The notes below the pieces were generated by a model. That model did not search any database. It saw nothing but the letters and a program-made list of their open reading frames with translations, and was not told the DNA's origin. Positions 45,901-54,100 of a stretch of DNA of 64,000 bases are shown here, piece after piece. The number at the start of each line of letters is the position of its first letter. Positions within the stretch are counted from its first letter, which is position 1. The translations under genes and the position numbers were made by a program. Where the stretch lies: positions 1-64,000 of IMG/VR virus record IMGVR_UViG_3300027782_000058; one strand, given 5' to 3'. The stretch comes from a virus.

Positions 45901-48900
45901 CGGCTGATGCAGCAAGTCTTGGATCGTGAGGGAAGTAAACCTCCCGCAGTCCGCACGCCTGCCATACCAAAGAGTGGTCCCGGCTCGAAGCCTGAGGCAC
46001 CGACGAAGCCGGAAGACTCTGGACAACTCAAGCCGCTCAAGCCAGCCAACAACCCATCCCGAGATGAACTGATTGACATTCGAAGTAATTTTGACAGCCT
46101 CATGGCGAACGAGACTGACTCTGAAATTATTACAATGGGATCAGATATTTCAAATGCATTGAACGATGTGCTAGATCTCATCGAGGCCGATCCAGATGGC
46201 AAGAACCGCGAGACTGGTCGGTCACTGGACGCGCTGGCAGGAGACATTCAAGAGTTGGCAGATGTTGTCGAAGACGACAGGCTGAAGTCATTTGACGGAC
46301 TACTAGACAGAATCCGCACTCTTTCACGCGCATATCGTCGTCGTAACCGCGAACAACGTGGGGGTAACGGTACTGCCCGTAACCGCCGTCAAACTCCCGC
46401 AGCGCCTAAGAGCGAGCCGGTTGACACCCCGGAGACGAAGCCGGGACCAGACGCTCCAACTGTCACTAGAAAGGCTCAGTTTACTAACCCGGACACTGGA
46501 GCACGGTCAGAGAACTGGACTCTCAGTAACGGTGACCAAATTATTGCTATTGATTCCGTCACTGGTAGTGGGATTGCCACGGTTTACTATCACGATGATG
46601 AGCCTGAGGTCAGGCGTTGGGACACTGACAACTTCGCTGAGGCTCTTCAACTGCACCTCGCTGAGCGCAGTGGCAACTCCTCCTCCGCATCTCGGGAGAT
46701 CACGCAGCCGAACCCGTCGAACCTCCCACCAGAGGTCAAGGTTGGGAAGACTGGCAAGACTGGTGTTGGTGCCAAGGTTCCCGACGCTCCCGGCGAGCGT
46801 GCGGTCGGCATCACCAACGGAGCCGACCTTCCCAGTGCGCCTCCTCCCCCGAACAGCGATGGGCCGGTAGGCCCGAACGGGGAGCGGCTGCTTCGTCGTG
46901 GCCGGGAGAATCGCAACTTCTGGGATCACCCGATCATGCAGAGTTGGGCGCGTCGTCGATTCCGCAAGCCGCTTGAGGGTCAGTTCGTCGACCGGAGCCG
47001 TGTGCCGATTGCCTACGGAGACCGCGTCGTACACACTAACCCGAAGGCCGCTCGTTCGACTCTTCGTCCAGACGGCACTCCAATGACAGGTGTTGTCCTC
47101 AACCGTCAGGACAATGTTGGTCGCGAGAATGGCCACAACCGTGACCACGTCACGGTTCAGTGGGAGAACGGAACAGTGTCACACTACGTTTCCCACAACC
47201 TGCAGATCGTCGGACTCACTGAGGCTGACACTGAGTGGCGTACCCTCGTGCATCCTGACGAGACTCCTGACACTCCTGAGTCTGAGCGTATCGACCTACC
47301 GGCTGGCTTCGACTGGAACCAGAAGCGTCGAGGAGCAGCGCCATCTGGACGTATGGGACCAAATGGCAGGCTATCTGGAGAGGGTCGTGGGCAGAACAAC
47401 ATCCCTGTCGAGGCCGGAGACGAGTCCACTCGCTTCGAGCGAGGCGAAGGTGTAGAGGGTCTGATCGCTGACTTCAACGGCGTACAGATTCAGGTCGGCG
47501 ACCGCGTCTACCACCGAGGCAAGGTAGGATCACGTCGCGGGCTCACTGGCGGAACAGTGATCGGGAAGAAGTACATCGCCCGGTACCGCACGATCACGGA
47601 CGAGAACGGTAACAAGAAGCGAGTCCGTGTCGGCTACGCCTACCAGCCTATCGTCCGCTGGGACAACGACCCCGAGATTAAGGAGTGGTCGGCCAATCAA
47701 CTGATCGTCACGACTCCTGATGCTGAATCTCGGAATGTCTCAGATGCGCCGATCCCGACCCTTCGTCGTGAAGGACGCGGAGCGAGTTCTAAGTGGGTTC
47801 CTGACACTGAGGCACCGGACTACAACGCCGATTCGGCTAGTGGGTTCGAGCCGATCCCGGCAAACGGCGGAGGTTCTGGGGCTCCTTCGACTCCAACCCC
47901 CTCCCGCTCTCGCCGAGTCCAGCCCTCCGGAAATCGACCGGGATACGAGTTCGTTGGCTCTAGAGAAGTTCTCTTCATCGGAACGTCCGAGCAGATCAAT
48001 CGTCTCATCGATAACTATGCTGTCGATGACCAAGAGGCGGAGTTGTTCCGGTCTGAGATCGTAGACGACACCAACCCCGATGGCACGCAGAGTGGTAACG
48101 ATCAGATTATTCTGTCAATTGACCAAGGCGTCACCAATAGTGGGAAGACACCCAGAGAGTACGTTGAGGGCGTTCTCGACGAGACATTCGGTTCTGCCTC
48201 TTCAGGCACCAGCCCGACTTCCTCCACACCAAACGCCCCGGAAGCAGATACCTCCACTCCTGACGATGGAATGGTGGTGCAGCCTAAGGACAAGAACGGT
48301 CAGTTGCTCGACCTTGGTGACATTGTCGAAGCCAACAACGGCAAGCGAGGCATGGTTCGAGGCTTCACTCCAGACGGCAAGGTGCGAGTCAAGTACGAGG
48401 ATGGCCGTTACGGCAAGTTGAATGCTGACAAACTATCTCGCACTGGCCAAACGACACGCGGTCCTGCTGACCCAACCGGCGCTGTCGGCGAACCCGTCGA
48501 GGGTGAGTTCGGTGAGTGGGGTGCCCGCGCTGAGAAGATCCGTGAGGCCAAGAACCGTGGTCCGGCAGATCTTACTGATCTGATTCAGCGAGGTGATGAT
48601 GCCCTACCTCCGGGCAAGACCCTCAAGGACTTGATGCAGGAGGTCTGGGGCCTTGAGCACAAGTACAAGGACAAGGACGGCAATGAACGAAGCCTACGGG
48701 CCGAGGTCACTGGCGCTCACGTCTCTCGCGGCAGGCAGATCTCGGTCTCGATGAGAATTCTTGATGAGAACGGTCGTGTGGTTGGGACGATGAGTCGCCA
48801 ACTCAAGATGGATAATAACGGCAATCTGTCTGTCTACCACGCATATTTTGAGATCACTGACAGCAAGCGTCAGGGCACTGGCTTTGCAACGGCTATCAAC

Positions 48901-49356
48901 CGCTACGCCGAGGACTTCTACATTGCTCAGGGCGTTCGAGAGATCGGTGTTCAGGCTGCTCTTTCGAACGGTGGTTACACTTGGGCCAAGCAAGGCTTCG
49001 AGTGGGACCACCCACACTACGGGACTCCGTGGGCTGACCCTCTGAGGAGGCTGGGAGAGTACGGTCGAAGAGGAAACATGTCCCCGGCGCTGAGGAAGGT
49101 CTACGATGACCTAATGTGGCGTTTCCGCAACCTAGACCCAAGTGATCCCAACTTCCCGACTCCGCAGGAAATCGTCATGTTCGGATGGACACCCGGAGCC
49201 ACTTCTTGGCCCGGAAAGTCGATCCTTGTTGGATCTGGTTGGTATGGCGTCAAGCGTCTCAGGCCCGGTGGTCGCAGGACCACTCAGGGCGAGCGCGATA
49301 ATGGCAAGTGGTGGCATGACCAGATCTTCAGGCGGAACAACCAGAGGAAGGCGTAG
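39991..49356 (+). CDS. Giant (3121 aa) multidomain virion-cluster protein with DEDDh 3'-5' exonuclease, KOW/SH3-like repeats and C-terminal GNAT-like domain
   Basis: FDFETTG (44314), GHNSTFD, HTADAD (44812); GD(R/V/I)V repeats; RQGTGFA..GGYTWAKQGF. Confidence 0.85.
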   Translation: MKDNIDGASAKSTARLNARIDALVASANDGTPAQRRVNLGAAREVVRRSLKSTQGRAFSQREHIALTALSHFITLAQRDKSVALYPANTDLLPLGHPRSTASNALTAFALREHRARWFAADHRVLDEHRALVASALAAEYGSMEHFYALSMLEQLNDGSALVALVASFGDGNSRAARSARARRQRRDRFGRFAYQGGGLRSLLRFGDGSVRSLTGSYVKDSDDGESFDVETPDGTLYRIPASKAESVKAVLFDSPDGFSPMPAKYDSSDPIIDVADLVKIDMPSGYIEKSRDKDGSVTYGLANGDDYLIRATPAGNGTTAYEVVRNDGKDTPVGLASNWSDVHKMVVQDGKKANREDAAKARLEGKSGPESDYLDFLPDVNIAAKDEGSEVRRQAQSIMDFFELDELPDGMSAQQLADRTRLNADALKDGSLKGGEDLAQDFYDAADAIERKSGLAKPEKKADLTPAPSTAPAPEAGKWEPSDTRIDLPYKEPIIGPDGNLTGEYKDGTANIVDINGRKVVVVDINGTPVPFYLSSGDGGKKDVEAGKWYPFFGWGMDGWMNKGKSDEINDYYGSPELRAQAEWLDANIGDIRDDKSIPRDSSSQGNLDMWINDHVGLKPASNDTPTTRTEFDANVAEIKRRIEAGNGGSNKEQARLDATPTPESGGTSASPEQIAELRRLMDERNVRDNVPDLADGIEKLIADNTLGKEQADRLISGIRENRDVFPEPDTTPEKAPSKSDDFNAPEGAYALNQTAIDNFEPQGRVDESSTDFTDDPSELAQRFDTDDLTAALEQALIGEDGADGDVQGRGAGNLQFNRGDEWVPAEALYQALDQQDEDARAIANDIYDSARKGQMKEQARLDGAPLPEKATKDETPVSAPEKPAAQSEMKPLKELKKGDVVRLEDGTLRTVSEVYGVRSYNSRTNSFDGSTEVEFTDGSTMRRSNEDARNKPDFEVVSSESESGVNIPENLPSLLEDLSPEDRANYEQTGDYRPYLPENADIPDYPSSMYQMDQSPLSPEEIGPLAEDAPQGFDNDPMRLATEYNSETLTEELTNALTGDNERDLGYGYFGYTDENGEEWAGNIPAEAIRDALQLQGVNTDQIVQDAIDKTAKAPEGVEVDVPEKPSREPSAEPLTDVRYSDAILLSNPELQNSIDAALEDAMNEGRNIGRNATRSSANRLEVLLNEQAMRRAGASRADRVKAQRLLEQIQALRDTNMPADFSKPSMRGGKKDQDKEKSLVDQFNAIPGVSQQRYRLDTPSKTVEKQGGVPSLYAPSTIEVAPGLNWEQRDNGRSKGGKFGSQSGSTYIISGSRAKDLNPDEMKKLGFYWDENSQSWINYNGAVGNMSSKDKKNITDSLSKSGFDVNPAFTNGGFIPSWLRDSADVVNPKIVETVSAPRPRRPSPPGRPITDGRLRDLLEQADGDPKKFRELLGKENVHVFDFETTGIRFDENGNMIDSGEPWAISVARYNPATGEMEQKTFYMNPGQSIKDTWAGGTNEDGSPRAIDSDGKPLTDEWLAQQPSQAEALQAALDFMGQDPILFGHNSTFDHDTFTRKADELGLDYRPAAIGDTMSLSQLVHDGEQLPSHSLGYLAKHHGIPSQGTAHTADADTRTTAALLDKLLTKAERAELGMTPENLDRWQGKNEDRYNKALADYNEANAPRVATEAVLEAAQDPTEVPSPEETSARVDKMIKDMSGNPDGAPNPETDIVDESSDGAEPLPNGYSRSNLHELAQSALDEFDRNSDINSYTQFTPQEIKEVQDKIDALREMSNDPSVSDEQVAAALDDIAEDLDAMVSRLGDPNDDRTPLRNIDIIENLNRERDYVTETADMLRARNGENKPEPESDDTTNEVDDAQVRDQMAGEAAGIRNIVNETGSTNADLTDEERQRFWDYQTRLEEVIALVRGNRKDEMGDRDLATYVNRVAIDLKNDFGPGGELEDVAYSRGMDRNKVENILDLADKLEVLTNRLMQQVLDREGSKPPAVRTPAIPKSGPGSKPEAPTKPEDSGQLKPLKPANNPSRDELIDIRSNFDSLMANETDSEIITMGSDISNALNDVLDLIEADPDGKNRETGRSLDALAGDIQELADVVEDDRLKSFDGLLDRIRTLSRAYRRRNREQRGGNGTARNRRQTPAAPKSEPVDTPETKPGPDAPTVTRKAQFTNPDTGARSENWTLSNGDQIIAIDSVTGSGIATVYYHDDEPEVRRWDTDNFAEALQLHLAERSGNSSSASREITQPNPSNLPPEVKVGKTGKTGVGAKVPDAPGERAVGITNGADLPSAPPPPNSDGPVGPNGERLLRRGRENRNFWDHPIMQSWARRRFRKPLEGQFVDRSRVPIAYGDRVVHTNPKAARSTLRPDGTPMTGVVLNRQDNVGRENGHNRDHVTVQWENGTVSHYVSHNLQIVGLTEADTEWRTLVHPDETPDTPESERIDLPAGFDWNQKRRGAAPSGRMGPNGRLSGEGRGQNNIPVEAGDESTRFERGEGVEGLIADFNGVQIQVGDRVYHRGKVGSRRGLTGGTVIGKKYIARYRTITDENGNKKRVRVGYAYQPIVRWDNDPEIKEWSANQLIVTTPDAESRNVSDAPIPTLRREGRGASSKWVPDTEAPDYNADSASGFEPIPANGGGSGAPSTPTPSRSRRVQPSGNRPGYEFVGSREVLFIGTSEQINRLIDNYAVDDQEAELFRSEIVDDTNPDGTQSGNDQIILSIDQGVTNSGKTPREYVEGVLDETFGSASSGTSPTSSTPNAPEADTSTPDDGMVVQPKDKNGQLLDLGDIVEANNGKRGMVRGFTPDGKVRVKYEDGRYGKLNADKLSRTGQTTRGPADPTGAVGEPVEGEFGEWGARAEKIREAKNRGPADLTDLIQRGDDALPPGKTLKDLMQEVWGLEHKYKDKDGNERSLRAEVTGAHVSRGRQISVSMRILDENGRVVGTMSRQLKMDNNGNLSVYHAYFEITDSKRQGTGFATAINRYAEDFYIAQGVREIGVQAALSNGGYTWAKQGFEWDHPHYGTPWADPLRRLGEYGRRGNMSPALRKVYDDLMWRFRNLDPSDPNFPTPQEIVMFGWTPGATSWPGKSILVGSGWYGVKRLRPGGRRTTQGERDNGKWWHDQIFRRNNQRKA

Positions 49357-49364
49357 GGACTCCG

Positions 49365-50291
49365 ATGAACAGCAAGCAGCGCTCCGCCAATGCGGCGAAG
49401 GTCTATCAGGACTGGATCAAGGCAAATCCGAAGATGGACCCGGACAACCCGACTCCGGAGCAAGAGAACGACTACTTCATGCGTCTCTACGAGTCGGATC
49501 CTGATGTCGCAGGCAAGGGATGGGCTGATGCCGTATCCAAGATGAGCGAAGAAGAGATCACACAGTATTTGGACGATCAGGAGAAGGCATCTCCCGAGAC
49601 AGCAAACTCCTTCCGTGTACAGGCTCTGATGGCGGCTGTAGATGAGTCGACCGACGAACTTGTTGGTCTGGTGCTATTCGTTCCATCATCTGGAACAAAG
49701 GGTCTAGAGACCGAATGGGTTCGTGTCGATGGTGAGTGGGTTCCCGAGAGCGTCAGCCCTCTGGCCGATATGTCAGAAGATGATCTGGTCTACTACCCAG
49801 TAACGGACGACTACATCTTAATCTATGATGGAGGATCACGGTCCATCGAGGACGCGATGAGCCACAAGACGGAGATCCCTGAGCCTGTTGCGCCAGTCTC
49901 GTCACCCATCACTGCCGCAGCCTTCTCATGCCCGGCTCCCACGCAGGACATCCCTCTCAACCTAGCCAATCGACAGAAGGCCATTGATGGCGCTGGCTAC
50001 GGACCGATGAATCCAACACGCCCGAATGAGCAGTTCTGGCAGGCAAAGGCAGACCGTTGGAGCACCACTGTAGAAGAGGCTAAGTCGTCCAAGTGCGGCA
50101 ATTGTGCAGCATTCATTATCACTGCTTCTATGAGAGAATGTATCAATCAAGGGCTAGGCGATGACGCGGACTCTTGGAACGTGATCAACGCTGGTGATCT
50201 CGGATACTGTGAAGCATTCGACTTCAAGTGCGCTTCTGAGCGGACTTGTGACGCATGGATCGTCGGCGGTCCCATTACTGAGGAGAAGTAG
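49365..50291 (+). CDS. Head-cluster protein with R.DGEW domain and Cys-rich domain
   Basis: WVRVDGEWV; CPAPT; CGNCAAF...GYC..FDFKC..RTCDAW. Confidence 0.75.
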   Translation: MNSKQRSANAAKVYQDWIKANPKMDPDNPTPEQENDYFMRLYESDPDVAGKGWADAVSKMSEEEITQYLDDQEKASPETANSFRVQALMAAVDESTDELVGLVLFVPSSGTKGLETEWVRVDGEWVPESVSPLADMSEDDLVYYPVTDDYILIYDGGSRSIEDAMSHKTEIPEPVAPVSSPITAAAFSCPAPTQDIPLNLANRQKAIDGAGYGPMNPTRPNEQFWQAKADRWSTTVEEAKSSKCGNCAAFIITASMRECINQGLGDDADSWNVINAGDLGYCEAFDFKCASERTCDAWIVGGPITEEK

Positions 50292-50293
50292 TC

Positions 50294-50614
50294 ATGGAAG
50301 AAGAGTTCACCTTCCCGTCGCAACTGTGGGTGCTTCTCGACGAAGACACCCCTACCAGTCTTGTCTTCATGACAGACGCTGGCGCTTGGGTGCGCGAGGA
50401 TGGCGAGTGGGTCGAGTTCGTCATCGACGACAAAAACCCCAAGCGTCGCTTCGAGGGAATGCTGATCGCTCCCGTCGATCCCCGGATCATCGACCTGTGG
50501 GATGCACAGAACGGCGAACTGTCAGACGCTGAGGTCGACCCCTTCGAGTACAAATGGAACCCGCCGTCAGTAGTCGGCAAGCCTGAAGATGCGGCTACGA
50601 AGCCGAGCAACTAA
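50294..50614 (+). CDS. Small acidic protein with R.DGEW domain
   Basis: WVREDGEWV; packed in operon. Confidence 0.7.
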   Translation: MEEEFTFPSQLWVLLDEDTPTSLVFMTDAGAWVREDGEWVEFVIDDKNPKRRFEGMLIAPVDPRIIDLWDAQNGELSDAEVDPFEYKWNPPSVVGKPEDAATKPSN

Positions 50615-50671
50615 AGGAAGCAGCAGCAGTAGGCAGAATACTGAGCAATTATACTTTATTTGGAGCGTAAG

Positions 50672-51133
50672 ATGATGATTCCGATGGACGGCCAGATGCA
50701 TTCAGTACTCGTCGCTGCTCTTCGCCAACTCATGGCAGACACTTCAGCCGTGTACCAGCATGCTCATGGGTTTCACTGGAATGTCAAAGGTCCAGACTTC
50801 AGCCAGTACCACGCGCTCTTCGCTGCAATCTACGAGGACATCTACGGCAGCCTAGACCCGACAGCCGAGTGCCTTCTCAAGATCGGCGAGGACGCACCCT
50901 TCACCGCGAGTGAGTTCGCTGCGCTGTGCTCCATCGATGACATGACAACCACTGACACTCCTCAGTCGATGACTGAGAGCCTGTACATGCTCAACGAGGC
51001 GCTGATCCGATCCACCAAGACCGCGTTCGACGCTGCCATCGGATGCGACAACCAAGGTGTGGCCAACTTCCTCGCCGGTCGTCTTGACCAACTAGCAAAG
51101 TGGTCTTGGCAGTTGCGGGTTTCTGCTTCCTAG
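50672..51133 (+). CDS. dps: Dps-family ferritin-like protein
   Basis: HGFHWNVKGPDF..YH.LF..IYE...D..AE ferroxidase signature; C-terminal KWSWQL. Confidence 0.92.
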   Translation: MMIPMDGQMHSVLVAALRQLMADTSAVYQHAHGFHWNVKGPDFSQYHALFAAIYEDIYGSLDPTAECLLKIGEDAPFTASEFAALCSIDDMTTTDTPQSMTESLYMLNEALIRSTKTAFDAAIGCDNQGVANFLAGRLDQLAKWSWQLRVSAS

Positions 51134-51193
51134 GTTCTAGTACTACGTCAAGTTCGCTAGAATATAGGAACAAACAGTCAGAATGGAGAGACC

Positions 51194-54100
51194 GTGGGCT
51201 ACTTCGGTAGGTCTGGCGATCTAGCGCTGTTCGTGTTCGACGAACTGGGTGTCGTCGTGGACGAGGGGCTCAACCTCGTCGTGGAGAAGGGGCATCTGGA
51301 TGCCCTGATCGCTTCCGGCGACTGGAACACTGACGACTCTGAATACTCCAAGGCGGCAGAGGACATCGCGCAGGCGTCCATCACAGATCTCGATATCCAC
51401 GTCTTCTCGTCTAATGACCGTCTCTACACGATCCCGAAGTCCGTCCAATCGGAGGCCAAACGTGCTCTTGAGTGGAGGAAGACGCACAAGCGTGGCGGAA
51501 CTCCAGTAGGACTAAACACCGCTCGCACTCTGGCCGAGGGTGGACAGATTGGGATCAAGAAGATCCGCCACATCGCTCGCTACTTCCCTCGTCACGAGGT
51601 TGATAAGCGTGGCCAAGGGTACAAACTGGGAGATAAGGGATTTCCCAGCAACGGTCGAATCGCATGGGCTCTCTGGGGAGGGGACGCTGCACAGAAGTGG
51701 GCAGCGACTATCGTAGAACGAGACGACAAGAAGAAAAAGTCTCTCACTGCTGATGGACTTCCTTCCGAGTACTTCGAGCCGAGCAGCAGTCGATTTGACT
51801 ACTTCCGAATGGCAGAAAATCTGCCTGCTGAAGAGGCTCCGGAGTTCATGGCCCGAGTCCGTCTCGACGGGAGCGGGATTGACCGCATCTACATGATGGA
51901 TGCTGATGGGATCGTCTACATCTGGGACGACGGATCTTGGGATGACCTAGGTCTGTTCGAGCAGGACATCATGTCATTTGATGCTTTCTTCGACATGCCA
52001 GACGACGACGTAGACACCATGTACGTTCCAGTGGACGCTGAGGCTGCTGTCAAGATCTGCGCCCTCATCGATGCTGAGCCGTTCTCCCCCAAAAACACTA
52101 GCGACTTCTCTTCTGACGAAGAGATGCTAATGGTACATAGCGCCCTGTCCGAGATCGACTGGGACGAGGTCGACAGGGTTCTGGTAGCCGCTGGTGAGGC
52201 TCCTGCAGCAGATGCCCCCGCCGACCAGCCTCAGGGGGATGGCAACTACACCCCGGATGAGCGCTCCAAGAATGCGTCCAAGCAGGTTCGTGACGCGACT
52301 GGCAAATTCTCGAAGAGCGGATCACGAGTAGTTGTTGGCAATGACACGAACTCCCGTGGAACGATCACGTCGATCAATCCTGACACTCAGACTGTCGACG
52401 TACAACTGGACAACGGAAACACTGTCACCGTCCCCGGAACTGCCACTCAGGGGGAGGACAAGTTCGTAGACGTGTCGGCAGAGAACGAGACCAACATGAC
52501 TGTCCCTCCGAGTGCCACCGCTGGCATTCTAGGCCAGCCTCGCGTCCCATCAAATCAGCCGAATGCTCGTATCCCCGGCATGCTTCCCCCTCTCACTGGA
52601 GAAAGCATCTCTCTGCTGCTCAATGACTGGCCTGCATGGGTTGCAGCCGAGCGTGAGTTGTACCGGCAGACCGCTCCCAAGACTCCCCCGAACATCGGTC
52701 CGCGCCAGTACAACGTTCCCCAGCGGGACAACACTGGTGTAGATGTCCGAGACCCCTCCACCGGAGGCACTCGAAACGTCGCATGGAATCCGATGCAGGC
52801 TCCCAACGCATACAACCACCCCCTGCTGCGCGACTGGCTGAAAGGCAGCGACCGTCACGGCCACCCAAACCGTGGATGGTACAACCCAATCGTTCGCAGG
52901 AACGTGATCGAGCCCCGCAGGTACTTCTCCGCCGAGGTTCTCATCGCTGCTGGTGCCGAACATCCTGAGGTGCAGGAGATCAAGAAGCCTGATCCCAATG
53001 CTCCCAAGGCAAAGTCAGGCCCTGACTTCACACCTGAAACCTCTGACGTTCCTCCCATGTACATGGCCATCGTCGCTCAGGATGATCCTCAAGCCGTCAT
53101 GGACCTGATCTCTCTGGTTCCAGTGAACTCCCAGTCATCCACTCCGACCATCTTCCGCAGGGAGCCCGGTGAGTGGGTCAAGGATGATGCCATCCTCGCT
53201 GACCTGAACTCTCCCACGCCTCCACCAGTGGTTGTGCTGGACAACAAGAACCTAGCATCAGTGGTCGAGCAGATCGACCAAGCCTTGGTGGCATCTGCCT
53301 CTTATCTGCTTGACCGTCGTCTTGCTGATCTCTGGATCAGCGGTGCTGATGTCATGGCGATTGTCGCTGCTGGTGGCGTTGACCGCAACCGTGGCAACGC
53401 TGAGAAACTACGTCGGTACTGGACTGTTGGTGAGGGTGGAGCGAAGATCCGCTGGGGGACTGGCGGAGACTGGAAGCGCTGCGTTCGCCACCTGTCGAAG
53501 TATCTCGGTCCGCGTGCGAAGGGCTACTGCAACCTTCGTCACAAGGAGATGCTGGGCATCTACCCCGCTACCCACGCGAAGCGCCTCCGCGAGAACTCGA
53601 TGGAGCAGCCTCTATACATGGAGGTTCCAGACTCTGACCTGCAGATGCCCATCGAGGCCATTCATGCTGAGGAAGACAAGAACTTTGATCACGAGTGGGA
53701 GCCAAACGAAGAAGTCGTTTGGATGCTCATCGAACTCAAGGATCTTGATGACGACACGTTCAGCCTAGTAGCCGCTGGCGGTCTAGACCGCAATCGCGGA
53801 AACGCTGAGGAGTTGCGCCGCTACTGGACGGTCGGCAAGGGTGGAGCCAAGATTCGCTGGAACACCAAGGGCGACTGGACCCGCTGCACACGTCATCTTG
53901 CCAAGTACCTAGGCCCACGAGCCAAGGGCTACTGCGCTCTCCGCCACAAGGAGATGACAGGTATGTGGACCGGAGATCAGGCTCACCGTCAGATGTACGG
54001 GCGCAAGTCTTTCAGCACCGACTTCATCCTGCCTGAGCAGCAGATCATCGAGAACGCTGCACTGTCTGCTCAGATCGCCTCTGCCAAGGCCCGTATCTCT

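Noticed and set aside
39991-49356. N4-like virion RNA polymerase, suggested by size and hairpin elements
   Set aside because: I could not find single-subunit polymerase motifs or a DxDGD motif in an RNAP context; the recognisable domains are exonuclease and GNAT-like.
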